From NCBI RefSeq assembly GCF_009914755.1, contig NC_060927.1: a stretch of DNA of 64,000 nt. One strand, given 5' to 3'. Position 1 is the first letter of the stretch, and each line of letters starts with the position of its first letter. Positions 60,101 to 64,000 of this stretch are shown piece by piece. A program made the translations under genes and the position numbers. The DNA comes from the human T2T-CHM13v2.0 reference genome, Homo sapiens. The notes below the pieces were generated by a model. The model was not told the DNA's origin. It did no database searches and was given only the letters and a program-made list of their open reading frames with translations.

Positions 60101-60232
60101 AACTCATGAATAGCCCACTGCTTGTTTAGCATATGATCGAGAAACAACCATAAAAATAGCCAACCAGCAGCCCCCAGAATCAAAGTCATTCTTTTATTCT
60201 GGCTTTTATTCTGCCGGCGGCGGGGTGGAGGG

Positions 60233-60490
60233 ACCAAGTCTTGCTTTGTTGCCCAGGCTGGAGTGCAGTGGCGCAATCTCGGGTCACTACAACCTCTGGC
60301 TCTCTGCCTCAACCTCCCGAGTAGCTGGGATTACAGGCACGCACCACGCCTAGCTAATTTTTGTATTTTTAGTAGAGATGGGGTTTTACCATGTTGGCCA
60401 GGCTGGTCTCAAACTCCTGACCTTAAGCAATCCACCCGCCTCACCCTCTCAAAGTGCTGGGATTACAGGCGTGAGCCACCACGCCCGGCG
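60233..60490 (-). mobile_element. AluS-like nested in MER41, lacking a T tail
   Basis: gtcttgctttgttgcccagg...ccaccacgcccggc. Confidence 0.9.
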
Positions 60491-61227
60491 CTATTCCTTT
60501 ACTTTTCTTAATATACTTGCTTCTACTTTACTGTCAGCTTATTCTTGAATTCCTTCCTTCATGAAGCCAAGAACCCAAATGGCCTCCTGGACTGAACCCT
60601 AATTTTGGGGTTCAACCTGTGAAAACCTCAGCCTCCCAAGTAGCACCACCATACCTAGCTAATTTCTTTGTTTTGTTTTGTTTTTTGTAGAGACAGGGTT
60701 TCACCATGTTGCCCAGGCTAGTCTCAAACTCCTTGGTTCAAGTGATCTACCTGCCTCGGCCTCCCAAAGTTCTGGGATTACATGCAGGAGCCACTGTGCC
60801 TTTAAGTACTTCTTAAAGGCAATCCCAGAATTTCCTTATGAAGAACTCATCACTCTTAACAGAAGACTAGACATCCTTCACATTGAAAATAGAGCAGTAA
60901 CATTCAGTTTAAACCAGTCCTTCTAGCTCTTATAACAAAAGAAAAATGTTATCAGAAAACAGAGCTCAGAGGGTAACAAGACTCTACCACATATATTACA
61001 TATAAATTGAAAGAGATTGGTAAATCATTTTAATTCTCAAATATGAGACCTTTTTGAAAGCCTAACTTCCAAAATTATTGCGCATATTTTCTTTTGACTA
61101 TGATTATACTCTATTTTGACCCTCAGTAGCTTAGTCTATTTTCAGCTGTACGTAATTAAGATTTGGTGCCTAGAAACAATGTAACTACATATAACTTTAC
61201 TCACCATCAATTTGCTAAGAACCATGA

Positions 61228-61522
61228 TTTTTTGGTTTGGTTTTGAGACAGAGTCTGGCTGTGTTGCCCAGTGCTCACTGCAACCTCAGTGCTCACTGCA
61301 ACCTCCACTTCCAGGGTTCAAGCAATTCTCATGCCTCAGCCTCCTGAGTTCCTGGGACTACAGGTGCATACCACCACACCCAGGTAATTTTTGGTATTTT
61401 TAGTAGAGACAGGGTTTCACCATGTTGGCCAGGCTGGACTCCAACTCCGGGCCTCAAGCGATCCACCTGCCTCAGCCTCCCAAAGTGCTGGGATTGCACG
61501 TGTGAACCACCGCACCCAGCCA
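61228..61522 (-). mobile_element. Alu with internal deletion/duplication
   Basis: cagtgctcactgcaacct repeated twice; TSD aga(a/t)ccatgat. Confidence 0.92.
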
Positions 61523-62702
61523 GATCCATGATATTTTGAATTCAACTTAGTCTCAGGCTTCCATATCCCCAAAATATCCATCTTTACATTGGTACAGTTC
61601 TCTTCTGGGATAATGTTCTTCAACAAAAAACAACTCTCTTTGGAGCAAAACCTCCTCTTCACAAAGCAGCTAGGCTGCATTTCCTAACAGACAAGCCTTC
61701 TCCAACTCATACAATCACCAATCTCAGGTTGTCTTTGCATGAATGAGTGACTCATCAACATGGTTTTTTTTTAAAGGAGTCAAGCTCCTAAGCCACAATA
61801 AGTATTAGTCACATAGTATTAACTACTTTTACTAAACCACACAATTAAAACAAACACAAGCAAATTTATAATACCCTAGAGACCATATACATCAGAAAAC
61901 CCTACAATTTTTCAGGACCTCAAATCTTAGCTGAACTCAGTCATAAGTAATGTGTTGAATTACATGTAATAAAAATGTCTAGTTCAACCTGGCATTTTTA
62001 GCAACTAGAATGCTGCTCAGCAGCACCTGTGATTTTCAGAACTTAAAGTGCAAATTTAATCATCCCACAAACGTTAAATTGTGTTTGAAAGAGTTTGGGC
62101 AGTAGGAACAAATATTTAAAAAGAGGAAAAGGATAGTCTTTTTTAGTAACCAGAAAATTTGATCATGCAGGAAAACAAAGTTCACCTAAGCTTCATTTTA
62201 TCTACTTCTATGATTAAAGATCAGGAAAGTATGCTTCATTTTTAGGAAGCATACCAGTAAATATTAACACATATATATTAACATGCTCAATTGTGACCGA
62301 CAAATATTATGAGACTTCTAAGTTTAAGGGGGAAATAAAGACTTTGTTAATATCCAATAATGCAATACAGAAATTATATTTATGTTATGTGTAATAAATG
62401 TTTTCATAATATTGAATAGACTTTTTCATACAAAGATGAAGACCCATTCACCAAATTACTGACTTCTGTATTATACTCTGAAAAAAATCAATAAATCATT
62501 TAAGCTTGCTCTCTAGTTCTAGACACATTTATTTTGCAAGTTGGCCTGTCTAAATTGTGATAGACTAGAACGCAAATAAAGTAGGTCTCTCATTTCATGA
62601 CTACTCTACTGCCCACACCTCCCCTTCTCCTGATAAAGTCAATCAGAAGCTCCTGAGAAGAGTCTAATTTTTACCAAAAATATTTTCACCACAAGTATTT
62701 TA

Positions 62703-63002
62703 GGGCTGCGTACAGTGGCTCATGCCTGTGATATCAGGCACGTTGGGAAGCCAAGGAGGGAGGATCGCTTGAGCCCAGGGAGTTCAAGGCTAGCCTGGGC
62801 AACATAGAGTGACACCAGCTCCACAAAAAAATTAAAAAATTAGCCATCCATGGTGGCATGCGCCTGGGGTTCCAGCTATTCAGGAGGCTGCTGGGAGGAT
62901 TGGGAGGATTGCTTGAACCCAGGAATGCGAGGCTGCAGTGAGCGGTGATTGCACTGCACTCCAGTCTGGGCAACAGAGTGAAACCCCGTCCAAAAAAAGA
63001 AA
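62703..63002 (+). mobile_element. AluJ-like
   Basis: Diverged dimer; TSD aagtattttt. Confidence 0.9.
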
Positions 63003-64000
63003 GTATTTTTATTTTCTTTTACTCAAACCTTTGGCTATCTGTAATATATATAAAGCAAGAATAGTGTAATTAATGATAATGCAAAAGAAAAGTAATAATG
63101 ATACTGGTGACTTTTTATAACAATTTTTAGAATATATAAATAAAAATTAGCAGCATAAGAAATGCTTAATTCAATATAATTAAATATGAGAGAATATCCT
63201 TCAGGAGAGAAAACTTAAATATAGCATTTTATAATATTAAACCTTTACAAGGTTCAGTTCATGGGTTTTTAAAATTGTTTTGTTAGGATCAAATTATACA
63301 CTTTGACAAAGAGGTCATTTCTATACTGAAAAACAACAACAACAACAACAAATAACCAAAAGCCAGTAAATAATATCAAAACTCCCAAAAAACGATCCTG
63401 ATGCACACCAACAGCTTCAGATAAGACAGAAAATCCCAGCTCAAGATAGGTCTTGCAACATAATGAGAGGAAAAAAATGATAAGAAATGGCTTAATCAAA
63501 TTCCTTTACAATAATTAGTTCGATTTTACCAAAGAGAATAATTAGCCATGGTTTAAACTAACCAGATATATATATCTGCTGTAACTATTAGATTAAAATC
63601 AGTGATTTTCCAGAATATCTCCTTTGAAAGTAGTATGCAGATAACATCTCATAGAATAAAGATGATCTAAAAACTCAGATGACCATTTACCAAAAATAAT
63701 TGTTAAACCTTCATTATGTACAAGAAATTAAAGGTAGTATTAGATGAACGTAATACAATCCATCAATACAAATTGCAGTTTAAAATATTTTCTCAATAAT
63801 ATCTAATGTGTACAGCAAAAAAAAATTAACAAAAATATCCTTATATAGCAGTGAATAAAATTGGAATAAAATCCTTTTTAGAGCTTTATATAATGACCTG
63901 TGGTAGCTTGCAGTCTCCCTCCAGCTTTTACTTCCAACTCAACATAAATTTGAATCCAAATTATCAATCTTTCTGTCCTCATTCTGGTAACTTAATACAC

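Larger units (their letters stand above)
59815..60624 (+). mobile_element. MER41-family ERV1 LTR, itself interrupted by an Alu
   Basis: aaaaccaagatggc...cagtttacaaatg...ccctttcccggaaaactcatgaata...tagccaaccagcagccc...ccaagaaccc. Confidence 0.85.
59702..60800 (-). mobile_element. AluJ-like split in two (59702-59814 and ~60625-60800) by a MER41 LTR
   Basis: ...aactgattctctca | acctcagcctcccaagtagc... halves are collinear. Confidence 0.85.

Overview
AT-rich primate (probably human or ape) genomic DNA that reads as the inside of a very long intron. I found no intact host protein-coding exon, and nearly all ORFs in the track are Alu or low-complexity artefacts. The window holds about 30 Alus, old L1/L2/MIR/DNA-transposon fragments, and six solo LTRs (MLT1, MER4E-like, LTR16-like, two THE1, MER50-like) plus an Alu-nested MER41. 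It also holds a ~5.2 kb defective HERV-L provirus (46585-51831) with gag remnant, protease, RT, integrase, dUTPase and a MLT2A 3' LTR, but no 5' LTR and no RNase H core. The A>T skew, the + orientation of most LTRs/L1s and several strong minus-strand splice-site pairs suggest a minus-strand host transcript. Its best candidate exons (42886-43090, 6863-6997) have stops in all frames, so they would be 5'UTR, lncRNA or poison exons. I cannot name the gene. I see no convincing novel biological system. The most unusual items are a diverged ~140-bp duplication whose second copy is bracketed by a perfect 23-bp inverted repeat, the RNase H deletion and open dUTPase frame in the ERV, and a triple-nested MER41 retaining a perfect STAT (GAS) site. 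Repeat subfamily calls come from remembered consensus sequences, and boundaries of old repeats are approximate.
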